Assembly (NCBI GenBank): GCA_965214775.1
Contig: OZ243974.1
Coordinates: 608,001 to 672,000, forward strand
Direction of reading: 5' to 3'
Source: Nitrosopumilus sp.
GTDB lineage: Archaea > Thermoproteota > Nitrososphaeria > Nitrososphaerales > Nitrosopumilaceae
DNA: 64,000 nt
Shown here one piece after another: positions 27,603-35,840 of the stretch. The notes beneath the pieces were generated by a model. The model ran no database searches, was not told where the DNA came from, and saw nothing but the letters and a program-made list of their open reading frames with translations. Position 1 is the stretch's first letter. The number at the start of each line of letters is the position of its first letter. Made by a program: the position numbers and the translations under genes.

Positions 27603-27816
27603 CAGTGACGATTGAAGATCTTTGATCATCAAAAAGCATTCTCTTGCACAGTTTATCCCCTATAGGTCAGTCTTCCCAGAAGTACACGACTTGTGGCAGT
27701 TGAGACGGCGACATGCGGATTTGCAGGCAGCTTGATTTGAGCTGTTTCAAGATTGGAGCCGCTTTTTGGGTTACTTCTGGGAAGACTGTAGGTTCAAGAA
27801 CTTTTAATCGTCGCCA
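27603..27816. mobile_element. Non-autonomous IS630-type MITE (about 214 bp) with internal 17-bp inverted repeat
   Basis: Ends resemble the TIR tagtgacgattaaaagtctttga of the element at 59205-59791; internal cagtcttcccagaagta / tacttctgggaagactg. Confidence 0.7.
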
Positions 27817-27858
27817 TATACAACCATAAATTAATAGATCTTTCATGTATGTTGTATA

Positions 27859-28818
27859 ATGATAGAATTAAAAATTGATGGTGGCATAGACTCCATAATC
27901 GGGTTTGCGGAAACTAGTGCAAAAAAGGGAGAAGTTGCAAACATCATAACACAGGGTTCTTATTTTTCTAATAGTGATCTAAACGATCCGCATGTACTTT
28001 CAATTAAAAATCAAATTGCTAACATAATGGCATCTCATGTTTTTCCGTTATTCTTAGATCATTTTTCTTCAAAAGATTTGCCAGAGAAATTTTATATCAG
28101 CTCTGTTAGAATAGAATTATTTGCGGATGATTCAAAAAATACTTTCACCTTTAACAAATACACAAAAATTCTTGGCAGTTTCATCTTGGCAAAACCAAAA
28201 ACACTCAAGAAGGGAGATCCTGTTTTTCAAGAAGATATCAAAGGTATTAATTCAATTTATGTTGAAGACAGAGACCCAAACTCTGCACTTATGTTGTTTG
28301 TGTCATTTAATGGTGAATGGTATGGAATTATTGATCTCATTTATAATCGTGCAAATGCCGCAGATAAACATGAAACAGCTCAAGAATATATCGAAACGGC
28401 GATATCTAATTTTAAAAATTCAAAATTTAAACCGTTTTACAATGATCTTTGGACTGCATATGAACTACTTGCAGAATCAATATTACTCTTGCATGGCCAA
28501 CTGAAGCTAAAAGATAGCCATGAAAAAATCTCCAAGATCCTTAAAGAATTTTGTAATACTCATAACCTTCCTTTCTATGACGAGTATAAACAAATTGGAT
28601 CTATACGAACAAGTGTAAGGTATGGGCCTCCACACAAGAAACAACCCAATATGGAGCAAGATGCTCTGAAATACTTAACAGGTCTGATTGAGTTTTCAAA
28701 ACATGTTGAGAGTTTTTTGAAAGAACGTCAAGTTCCAATAAAAATTCCTGATTCAGTCAATAGGCAACTATCAGATATTATAAAAAAGCAACTTGATTTA
28801 CATCAATCGAGTCAATAA
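27859..28818 (+). CDS. AT-rich cargo protein with C-terminal HEPN domain
   Basis: AYELLAESIL...DSHEKI...IRTSVRY pattern of classical HEPN domains. Confidence 0.6.
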   Translation: MIELKIDGGIDSIIGFAETSAKKGEVANIITQGSYFSNSDLNDPHVLSIKNQIANIMASHVFPLFLDHFSSKDLPEKFYISSVRIELFADDSKNTFTFNKYTKILGSFILAKPKTLKKGDPVFQEDIKGINSIYVEDRDPNSALMLFVSFNGEWYGIIDLIYNRANAADKHETAQEYIETAISNFKNSKFKPFYNDLWTAYELLAESILLLHGQLKLKDSHEKISKILKEFCNTHNLPFYDEYKQIGSIRTSVRYGPPHKKQPNMEQDALKYLTGLIEFSKHVESFLKERQVPIKIPDSVNRQLSDIIKKQLDLHQSSQ

Positions 28819-29043
28819 TGAATTCTTTGGGATTGTTGGTTTTGCTTATCAAACTAAGTCTAGGCAAATGGGAGTTTTCCTTCCAGTTGGGAATCATCCC
28901 CAACAAATTGATCAGATAGGAAGCGACAATATGATCGTCTCTGGTTACGTGATTTGAACAAATTTCATAATTTTGGGCGCAAATTACAGGCTCTTGGATC
29001 ATCCAAACCGACCCTCTGGCATGACTGTTCACCTCTACTCTGG

Positions 29044-29799
29044 CTATCTGGATCTCCTCACCTCAAGTACCGCGTCCACCGCTGGCCGATCCTGGCCATC
29101 GACCTCGATCCTGAGTCGCTTCTGTCCCTCCGAGCGCGGCACGAACGTCATCCCCATGGTGCCGTCTGCGTCGGTGGTAACCGAGGCCTGGAGCATGTCG
29201 TCAACGTACGCGCGCGCAAGCCTGTTGCGTATGGGGACGCCGTGTATATCATACAGGGTCACCGTGATGCTCTTTGGGACCCCGAGCTCGGTCACCGATA
29301 CGGCATGCGTGCCCTCCCGGCGGGGCAGGGATCCTGCCTCGTAGGGGGATGCAAATCCTGCCAGCCTGCTCTTCGTGCCGCCTGCGGTTTTGCCCTTCCT
29401 GCCTCCTGCCTGATTCTGTCGGGCCGGCCGGGCAGATTTGAGCGACGTACGATATATCATGAACCGTATGATCATTACCACCAGCACGTCCATCGGCACG
29501 AGCTTGGGCCTGCCAAGCCCCAATACGAGGCCGGCGGGGACCGGCAGCAGCGACAGCACCACATCCCACGTGACGTCCATCCCGGTGCTTACGGCATTGA
29601 TTGAGAAGAGGGGATCCGGCATAGCCTGGAGTACGGACGGTGAGGCCCCCGAGTATATTGCCATGGGTACAATTACCGACAGTCCCATGAGGAACCCTAT
29701 CTGCCGGAACGACACCCTGCCTGCCATCGGAAGCGAGATGACGGGCTCGTTTATCGTATCTTCGCCCTCAAAGACCGTAAGTACAGTATAGCTGGACAA
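29044..29799 (-). CDS. PrgI/VirB3-like membrane protein with C-terminal Ig-like domain
   Basis: EDTINEPVI...VSFRQIGFL followed by two TM helices; C-terminal TTDADG Ig-like motif. Confidence 0.62.
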   Translation of the reverse strand: MSSYTVLTVFEGEDTINEPVISLPMAGRVSFRQIGFLMGLSVIVPMAIYSGASPSVLQAMPDPLFSINAVSTGMDVTWDVVLSLLPVPAGLVLGLGRPKLVPMDVLVVMIIRFMIYRTSLKSARPARQNQAGGRKGKTAGGTKSRLAGFASPYEAGSLPRREGTHAVSVTELGVPKSITVTLYDIHGVPIRNRLARAYVDDMLQASVTTDADGTMGMTFVPRSEGQKRLRIEVDGQDRPAVDAVLEVRRSR

Positions 29800-29836
29800 C
29801 TCACCGGAAATAAAAAAAATGGATAAAAGGGAGTGG

Positions 29837-30310
29837 TCACTGGACGCGTACCGTCGACAGCTCGCTCAGCATGCTGCCGCCCGTCGTGTTGCCGCGCACT
29901 ACGATGGACAGGTCCTGCCCGTAGGTCAGCGCAATGTCGTTGCCGTCCGAATCCACAATCTTCTCGTATCCGGATGCAGTGACGCCGGGCTCCAGCGGGG
30001 AGGGGTCTATGTCCATCACGAACGGCTGAAGTCCCGCCGTGTTGGCGTCCGTATCGACCAGCACGTCGACTGCAACGGAGATGATTGCGCTGGTTCCCAC
30101 GTTTCGTATGCTGGCAGATATGTACGACTCCTCGCCGACCTTCTGCACGAATACCTTGCGCAGCGATATGGAGTCCGCAGTCGTCTGTATCTCGAATATG
30201 TCGCTTGCAAAGGCAAACAGTATCCCGGCAAATATGATTACGATGCCGATTATCATTGCCACCTGCATCAGGCCGCTTATTCCGCGCCTCTTCTTTGATG
30301 ATGTGATCAT
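29837..30310 (-). CDS. Archaeal type IV pilin
   Basis: Class III signal peptide SKKRRG|ISGLMQVAMIIGIVII; IRNVGTSAI. Confidence 0.87.
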   Translation of the reverse strand: MITSSKKRRGISGLMQVAMIIGIVIIFAGILFAFASDIFEIQTTADSISLRKVFVQKVGEESYISASIRNVGTSAIISVAVDVLVDTDANTAGLQPFVMDIDPSPLEPGVTASGYEKIVDSDGNDIALTYGQDLSIVVRGNTTGGSMLSELSTVRVQ

Positions 30311-30323
30311 TGCAGTACAAGGC

Positions 30324-30373
30324 CCGGCCGCATAAAAGGCCGGTTGCTCCCCCATGTGCGTTTTATGCGCCGG
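30324..30373. promoter_or_regulatory. Divergent inverted-repeat promoter pair (TTTTATGC boxes) for pilin and TadC-like genes
   Basis: ccggccgcataaaa ... ttttatgcgccgg; each TTTTATG begins 27 nt before its start codon (30310 on -, 30388 on +). Confidence 0.65.
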
Positions 30374-30387
30374 CACCATTGTGTTAC

Positions 30388-32253
30388 ATGCTGGGACACA
30401 GGGGCGCAATCATCATCCCGGTCTCCGCCATGATCCTGGCATCGCTGATTCTCAACAGGCCGTATGTCTTTGCCGCGCTTGCCGGAGTCCTGCTACCGGT
30501 GCTGCTGTGGGATGTGATATGCAGGACAAGGCTCGTGCGGATGCCGGCAGAGCCCATCAGGTTCCGCATACGCGCCAGGGATCTGAGGCCCGACGCGCTG
30601 GCATCGGTGTTCGGGCCCGTCCTTGACTGGGCGCCCGTGCAGAGGGCGCGGGACAGGATGGAGCGGAATCTCAGGCCCCACATCCTGAGATCCGGCTCCG
30701 CCCGGAATCCGCGCATACTGGGAGGCAGGAGCGTCCTGTACCCGCTTGCGGCCGCAGTCGTGACCGTACCTGCGGGGATCGTGCTTGCCGTATACGTTGA
30801 TGTGGCGTTTCTTGCCGTATCCCTTGCGTCGCCCCTCTTTGCAGGCGTGTACTTTGTGACGCTCCGCATAAGGGCCGCAGAGCGGAGCTCCGATACCACC
30901 GAGGAGCTTGCAAGCTTTGCTGTTCTTGCCGGAATCATGGAGTCGGTAAACGTTCCGATGTTCTCGACTATGCTCATGCTTGCAGAATCCCCCTCCGCCG
31001 TCTTTGCCGTGATGAGGAGGGAGGGGCGCAGGATAAGGAACCTCATGGTACTGGGAAGAAGCCCGACAGAGGCGCTGCTGGAACTGTCGGACTCGCATCC
31101 GAACACGGAGTTTCGCGACTTTGTGACGGGGTACGTCTCGGCGTTCAACACGGGGGGATCGGATACGGCAGGATACCTGCACGAGCAGGCAAACAGGTTC
31201 TTCCGCCAGGTTCAGTTCCGCATGACATCGTACGCAAGGCAGGCAGACATCATCTCCCAGGTCGTCCTTACCGTGATGATGCTGCTCCCCATGATGGGGC
31301 TGTCCATGACGTTCTTCTCGTCCGGACACCTGGCAGGTACGATGACGCTTCTGATGATAGCAGTCTTTCCGTTTGCCGCCGCGGTGATGGTGGCGTTCGT
31401 GCACGCCAAGCAGCCCAGAAGCAGGGATCGCATCAGGGTCTCGTGGGTAATATTTCCGGCAGGTGCCTGCTGCGCGGTCATGGTGTATCTTGCAGGGATG
31501 CAGGCCTGGGAGGCGGCAGGCGCGGGCGTCGTGGCATCCTCGCTGCTCAATTACATACTGACAAGGAGGCGGTTTGCGGAGATCTGGGGTATGGACGGGA
31601 CGCTGCCCGAATTCATGCGGCGCCTCACCAGGCTCAGAAACGTGGGCTTTGATATCATACGTGCAATCAGGACCATCCGCGCCGAGGCCGCCGCGCGCGA
31701 AAGGGGGAACGGGGCGTTTTACGCTGTACTAGACGGCATATGCAGGAGGGTCTCGGCGGGGGGCTCCCTCGGGGACGCGGTGGGCAGGGCGGACATCGCA
31801 TCATGGAACGCGCGGCTGGTCTTCTTCATCCTGGGCAGGATCAACGAGTCAGGCGGCGGCACGGCCAAGACTACAAGCGACCTTGCGTACTGGATAGCGC
31901 AGTACCACGAGGCGCGCAGGGAGATGATCTCGTCGCTGCGCTCATCGCTGGTCACGGCGCTCGTGGGCCCCGTGCTGATGGTCATGATGATGACGGTATC
32001 AGACAGGCTGGCAGCCACGCTGGGGGATGGCCTGCTGTCTGATGCGGGCCGGCTTCCCGTGGATATGGCAGTGTCCGCAGACCCCTCCGGGCTCTCCGAG
32101 CTGCTCATAGTCACGGCGGTCGCATGCATGGGGGTCATACTGTCCAAGATCAACTACTTTACGATACGGCACTCGCTGTTTACCGGGGCGATCACGGGGG
32201 CGACTATGGCGATGATGTACGCGGTGCCGTACCTTCCGGACTTTGGGTTCTAG
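30388..32253 (+). CDS. Type IV pilus membrane platform protein (ArlJ/TadC, T2SS-F duplicated)
   Basis: Two T2SS-F-like cytoplasmic domains (GRSPTEAL...FNTGG; LPEFMRRL...NESGG) each followed by TM helices. Confidence 0.88.
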   Translation: MLGHRGAIIIPVSAMILASLILNRPYVFAALAGVLLPVLLWDVICRTRLVRMPAEPIRFRIRARDLRPDALASVFGPVLDWAPVQRARDRMERNLRPHILRSGSARNPRILGGRSVLYPLAAAVVTVPAGIVLAVYVDVAFLAVSLASPLFAGVYFVTLRIRAAERSSDTTEELASFAVLAGIMESVNVPMFSTMLMLAESPSAVFAVMRREGRRIRNLMVLGRSPTEALLELSDSHPNTEFRDFVTGYVSAFNTGGSDTAGYLHEQANRFFRQVQFRMTSYARQADIISQVVLTVMMLLPMMGLSMTFFSSGHLAGTMTLLMIAVFPFAAAVMVAFVHAKQPRSRDRIRVSWVIFPAGACCAVMVYLAGMQAWEAAGAGVVASSLLNYILTRRRFAEIWGMDGTLPEFMRRLTRLRNVGFDIIRAIRTIRAEAAARERGNGAFYAVLDGICRRVSAGGSLGDAVGRADIASWNARLVFFILGRINESGGGTAKTTSDLAYWIAQYHEARREMISSLRSSLVTALVGPVLMVMMMTVSDRLAATLGDGLLSDAGRLPVDMAVSADPSGLSELLIVTAVACMGVILSKINYFTIRHSLFTGAITGATMAMMYAVPYLPDFGF

Positions 32254-32450
32254 GAGTGCCGTACTTGGCCTGCCGCAAAAGGCGTCCGGCACGGTTTCAC
32301 ATGTCTGCAATGCATCTGGCAGAGCAGGGGAGATTCCGTCTGCAATATTGGTGATTTTTTGCCAGGTTCCGAATTTCAGGCAGGATTATGCAAAAGCTGC
32401 AACAACAGCCGGTTTTTTATGTCCCTTTTTTTGTTAGATGTTGTCTAGCA

Positions 32451-33137
32451 ATGCCACATGTTTCGGTTTATGTTGATGAGTCAGGGGATGCCGGATTTGT
32501 TGACAAGGCCTCGGAATTTTTCACTGTAGGCTACGCATTTGCGGTGGATGGATCACCGGCAAAAGAGAACAATGCAGTAAAGCGTGCCTTGAAAAACATC
32601 AACGCCGGGAACAAAATGAAAATTTCCGAATTCAAATTTTCAGCAAACACTGATGTGGTTAGAAGGAAGTTCCTAAAGACCATCAGCAGGCTGGATGTCG
32701 AGCTGGGGGTTTTTTGCGTCAGCAAGGACTCGGTGAAATCAGACATCAAAGAAGATCCTTATGGATTTTACATACATGCTACAGTAGACACAATAGCTAC
32801 CCATTTGGTTGAGGATTATATCCGGGCACATGATCAGGGTAATTCAATTAGCTTTACCATAGACAAAAGTCTGACAAAGAATGCGAGGGACTCGTTCAAC
32901 GAATACTGCAGGAACAAAATTCATGATAAAATGAGACAAAAAAATTTGAAGGCAGATCTTGCTCCAATCATTTACCACAAGGATTCAAAAAGCGTGCCCA
33001 TGCTTCAGGTTGCAGACTATATTGCAAGTGCGACCCAGAGATTCATTGTTCATAATGATGTGACGTTTTACAACGCGTACAGTAGCAAGTTGAAATATCG
33101 TGAAAAATGGGACTGCAATGACAGGATAAAATGGTGA
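32451..33137 (+). CDS. DUF3800-family protein (RNase H-like)
   Basis: VYVDESGD, EFKFS and DSKSVPMLQVADYIA signature motifs. Confidence 0.88.
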   Translation: MPHVSVYVDESGDAGFVDKASEFFTVGYAFAVDGSPAKENNAVKRALKNINAGNKMKISEFKFSANTDVVRRKFLKTISRLDVELGVFCVSKDSVKSDIKEDPYGFYIHATVDTIATHLVEDYIRAHDQGNSISFTIDKSLTKNARDSFNEYCRNKIHDKMRQKNLKADLAPIIYHKDSKSVPMLQVADYIASATQRFIVHNDVTFYNAYSSKLKYREKWDCNDRIKW

Positions 33138-33278
33138 CTCTCGACCTACTCCTCCCTACCTGTCCAAACAGGCGTCATTGTTTCGGTCAAGATCCTACTG
33201 ATTGCTCAATAGACTTTACCCACCTGCTTGGTATTCTCATGTCTCATATTAAAAGTATAACACGGGCAGTCTTGGTAC

Positions 33279-33361
33279 GAGTTTACCCCTCACCTGAGAT
33301 ACGGCGTGGCAGGCGTGATCATGAAGACTCCAGTCAGTAGTGTCGCCTGAGGGGTAAACTC
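33279..33361. repeat. 83-bp element with perfect 14-bp terminal inverted repeats
   Basis: gagtttacccctca at 33279-33292; tgaggggtaaactc at 33348-33361; gcagtcttg repeated in both flanks. Confidence 0.65.
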
Positions 33362-33446
33362 TTGCGCAGTCTTGCACATCCCTGGTTTTAGGAACAAAAG
33401 ACTGGCTGTTTTTACGCGTTCAGGCGCGGTCATGCAGCAGCTGTGT

Positions 33447-35801
33447 TCAGCGCCTGTTCTTTATCCTGTCGTATACCAGGTACGCGGGAATCATCGCAAG
33501 CGCAAACAGCGCAAGCGGGACCATGTGTTCTGGCACCAGCCGGCGCGGCTCTTCGGGAACAAACTCCGGGATTATTACATGCGCGGTTCCGCCCCACTCG
33601 TTTTCTGCCGTAACCTGGATTGCGGAATTATCCTGCACGTTTATGGTGCAGAATACACCGCAGTCCACGCTTGTCTCCTCGCCGTTAAAGTACAACACAT
33701 CTATCCTGCCAAACTCTGGTGGCGCCGTGACGGTCACGTGGCCGCGCTCCCGCGATGCCGCAAGTGTGTTATCCTGTGCAAGGTTTGCCGATATGACCAT
33801 GTCACTTCCAAAGTTCGCATAGTCATACCCGTACTGCCTTGTCATACCGCCGGCAGTAACGCTTACCGACAGCGGCGAGGGCGAGCCCAGTCCCACGTCA
33901 AGCGGCACCTCGAGTCTGGCATCCTCAGAGTTTGCAAGGTAGAGCGGTGCCAGGTCTGCGATGTCCCTTCCTGCCACGTCCTGGTTCCCCTCGATTGGAT
34001 ACCTGCCAAACTCGGAGCTGACCCGGCGCAGCTTTACATCAACTGCGCCCAGGCCGGATGCCGAGTACTGGATCGGATGCGTATCGTTTGCGACTATGAT
34101 CCCCAGGCCGGCATCGCCGGTGTCGTGTGTCACCTTCTCGTGGAGATACTCAGGGATCGTCTGGACACCATCTGCAGGCCCTATGCTGACGGCTACCGGC
34201 ATGTTGTCCGCAGATCCGCCTGCGCCGACGGACTCTATATGGAGCATGGTGTGCAGGAACGGCTCGGCAAACCTGTACTCGTAGTGTGAGAGATACGTGT
34301 CGTGTCTTCCCGCAAAGTCACGCGATATCAGGGTGTTGAACAGCGTGACGTTCTCGTACCTGGGGCCCGACGGCCCCGCGACCGTATCGAGCACGGGATA
34401 GTCAAAGTGTATCTTGCAGTATCCTGACCTTTTCATCATGGCAGTGCCTGGCTCCCCTGTCACGCACGGTATGACATCCGGGTATGACGACGGCGACAGC
34501 ATGTGCCCGTGTCCCCCCGAGTGCGGGATTATCCCCACGTTTACGGCCTCCGACCACGACAGCGTCTCGTTGAAGGCTACCGGATGCCACGGGTCAAGGC
34601 CGAAGCCCGCGTATGCAAAGTCGTTTATCTTGCTGCGCCTGTCCTCGTGCAGCAGTCTCGCGTCGTCAGGCCCCCCGCCAAGCGAGCCGAAATAATGCAG
34701 CGCCACCGAGGCGCGGTTCTGATACGAGGTCCGCATGTCGTCAGACAGCAGCGAGTACGGATATTCCGTGTACTGCGGCAGGTACCGTACGATCAGCGCG
34801 TCTATCTCCTCGTCGTCACGGTCCAGGAGAAGCTCGCCGTTGTTGTACACCCTGACGTCGTAGCCTATCTCGGCCCGTCCCAGGTGTGGCTCGCCGGTTG
34901 CGTTGTATATCGTGATATCGTCGCCGTTGCCGAGGCGCCAGAGGGATGAGGCAAGCCCGGGGTGTTCCAGGGTTATGTCGCAGGAGTTTTGGCCGCACTC
35001 CCGTGATGCCTCCGTGTGCAGGTCCGTGCTCCTGTCGGTCTCAAAGTGTATCGTGTTGGCGCGATGGTCCTTCCACAGGAGCTGCGGCACATGCAGTACG
35101 GTGACCGGATCCCAGAGATAGTATGTCCCGTCAAGGTTGCGGGCCTCGTACCCGTCCGCGTCATGCAGGATCTCCCTTGTCAGGATTACGTCCAGGGCGG
35201 GCTTGAGGATTGAAGGCGTCATGACGGCGGTCCTGGTGACTGGCACGTTTCTGCACCTTATGCCCCCCTCGCCGCTGCTTGTGCAGACCCTCTTGATCGC
35301 AGTCACCGACTGCTCCATGTGCTCGGTCCTGTCCACGCAGGGCCCCGGTCCGGTGCAGGAGAACCCCGCATCCCCGGAGACGGTGGCCCTGCCAAAGAAG
35401 CATCCGGAGTACTGGCCGCTCCTTTCGCACCCGGATTCTATGACATCTCTTATCCTGTCCACAGAGTCGGGATCAGTGTACCCGTCATCCCCCACGCGTC
35501 CCGGACGCGGGGGCCCCGATACGTGGAGGCCTATTTCCAGCCCGTCCGTATGCCTGATTTCGTGCGTGTATAGATTCCTGCACTGGGGGCCTGCCGAATA
35601 GCTTACCAGATAGTAAAACGAGTCGCCCGGATAAAACGTCCCGTCGGGATTGTTCCTGGGACTGTTGTCGTAGTGTACGGGCAGCATCGTTCCCTGCACG
35701 CGCAGGCTGCACGGAAACGACGTGCCGTGGTACGCGTGTGCCGCCTCGGCTGCAAGAAATACCGCAACGAGTGCAAGCAGGCAGATGAGGATCTCCTTCA
35801 A
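33447..35801 (-). CDS. Large secreted, C-terminally anchored surface protein (Cys-rich N-terminus)
   Basis: Signal peptide MKEILICLLALVAVFLAAEAAHA; C-terminal TM plus basic tail; repeated NxDGTxY motif. Confidence 0.8.
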   Translation of the reverse strand: MKEILICLLALVAVFLAAEAAHAYHGTSFPCSLRVQGTMLPVHYDNSPRNNPDGTFYPGDSFYYLVSYSAGPQCRNLYTHEIRHTDGLEIGLHVSGPPRPGRVGDDGYTDPDSVDRIRDVIESGCERSGQYSGCFFGRATVSGDAGFSCTGPGPCVDRTEHMEQSVTAIKRVCTSSGEGGIRCRNVPVTRTAVMTPSILKPALDVILTREILHDADGYEARNLDGTYYLWDPVTVLHVPQLLWKDHRANTIHFETDRSTDLHTEASRECGQNSCDITLEHPGLASSLWRLGNGDDITIYNATGEPHLGRAEIGYDVRVYNNGELLLDRDDEEIDALIVRYLPQYTEYPYSLLSDDMRTSYQNRASVALHYFGSLGGGPDDARLLHEDRRSKINDFAYAGFGLDPWHPVAFNETLSWSEAVNVGIIPHSGGHGHMLSPSSYPDVIPCVTGEPGTAMMKRSGYCKIHFDYPVLDTVAGPSGPRYENVTLFNTLISRDFAGRHDTYLSHYEYRFAEPFLHTMLHIESVGAGGSADNMPVAVSIGPADGVQTIPEYLHEKVTHDTGDAGLGIIVANDTHPIQYSASGLGAVDVKLRRVSSEFGRYPIEGNQDVAGRDIADLAPLYLANSEDARLEVPLDVGLGSPSPLSVSVTAGGMTRQYGYDYANFGSDMVISANLAQDNTLAASRERGHVTVTAPPEFGRIDVLYFNGEETSVDCGVFCTINVQDNSAIQVTAENEWGGTAHVIIPEFVPEEPRRLVPEHMVPLALFALAMIPAYLVYDRIKNRR

Positions 35802-35840
35802 CGACCATCAACGGACGGCAGGTTAAAAGGCCGGAGGCAG

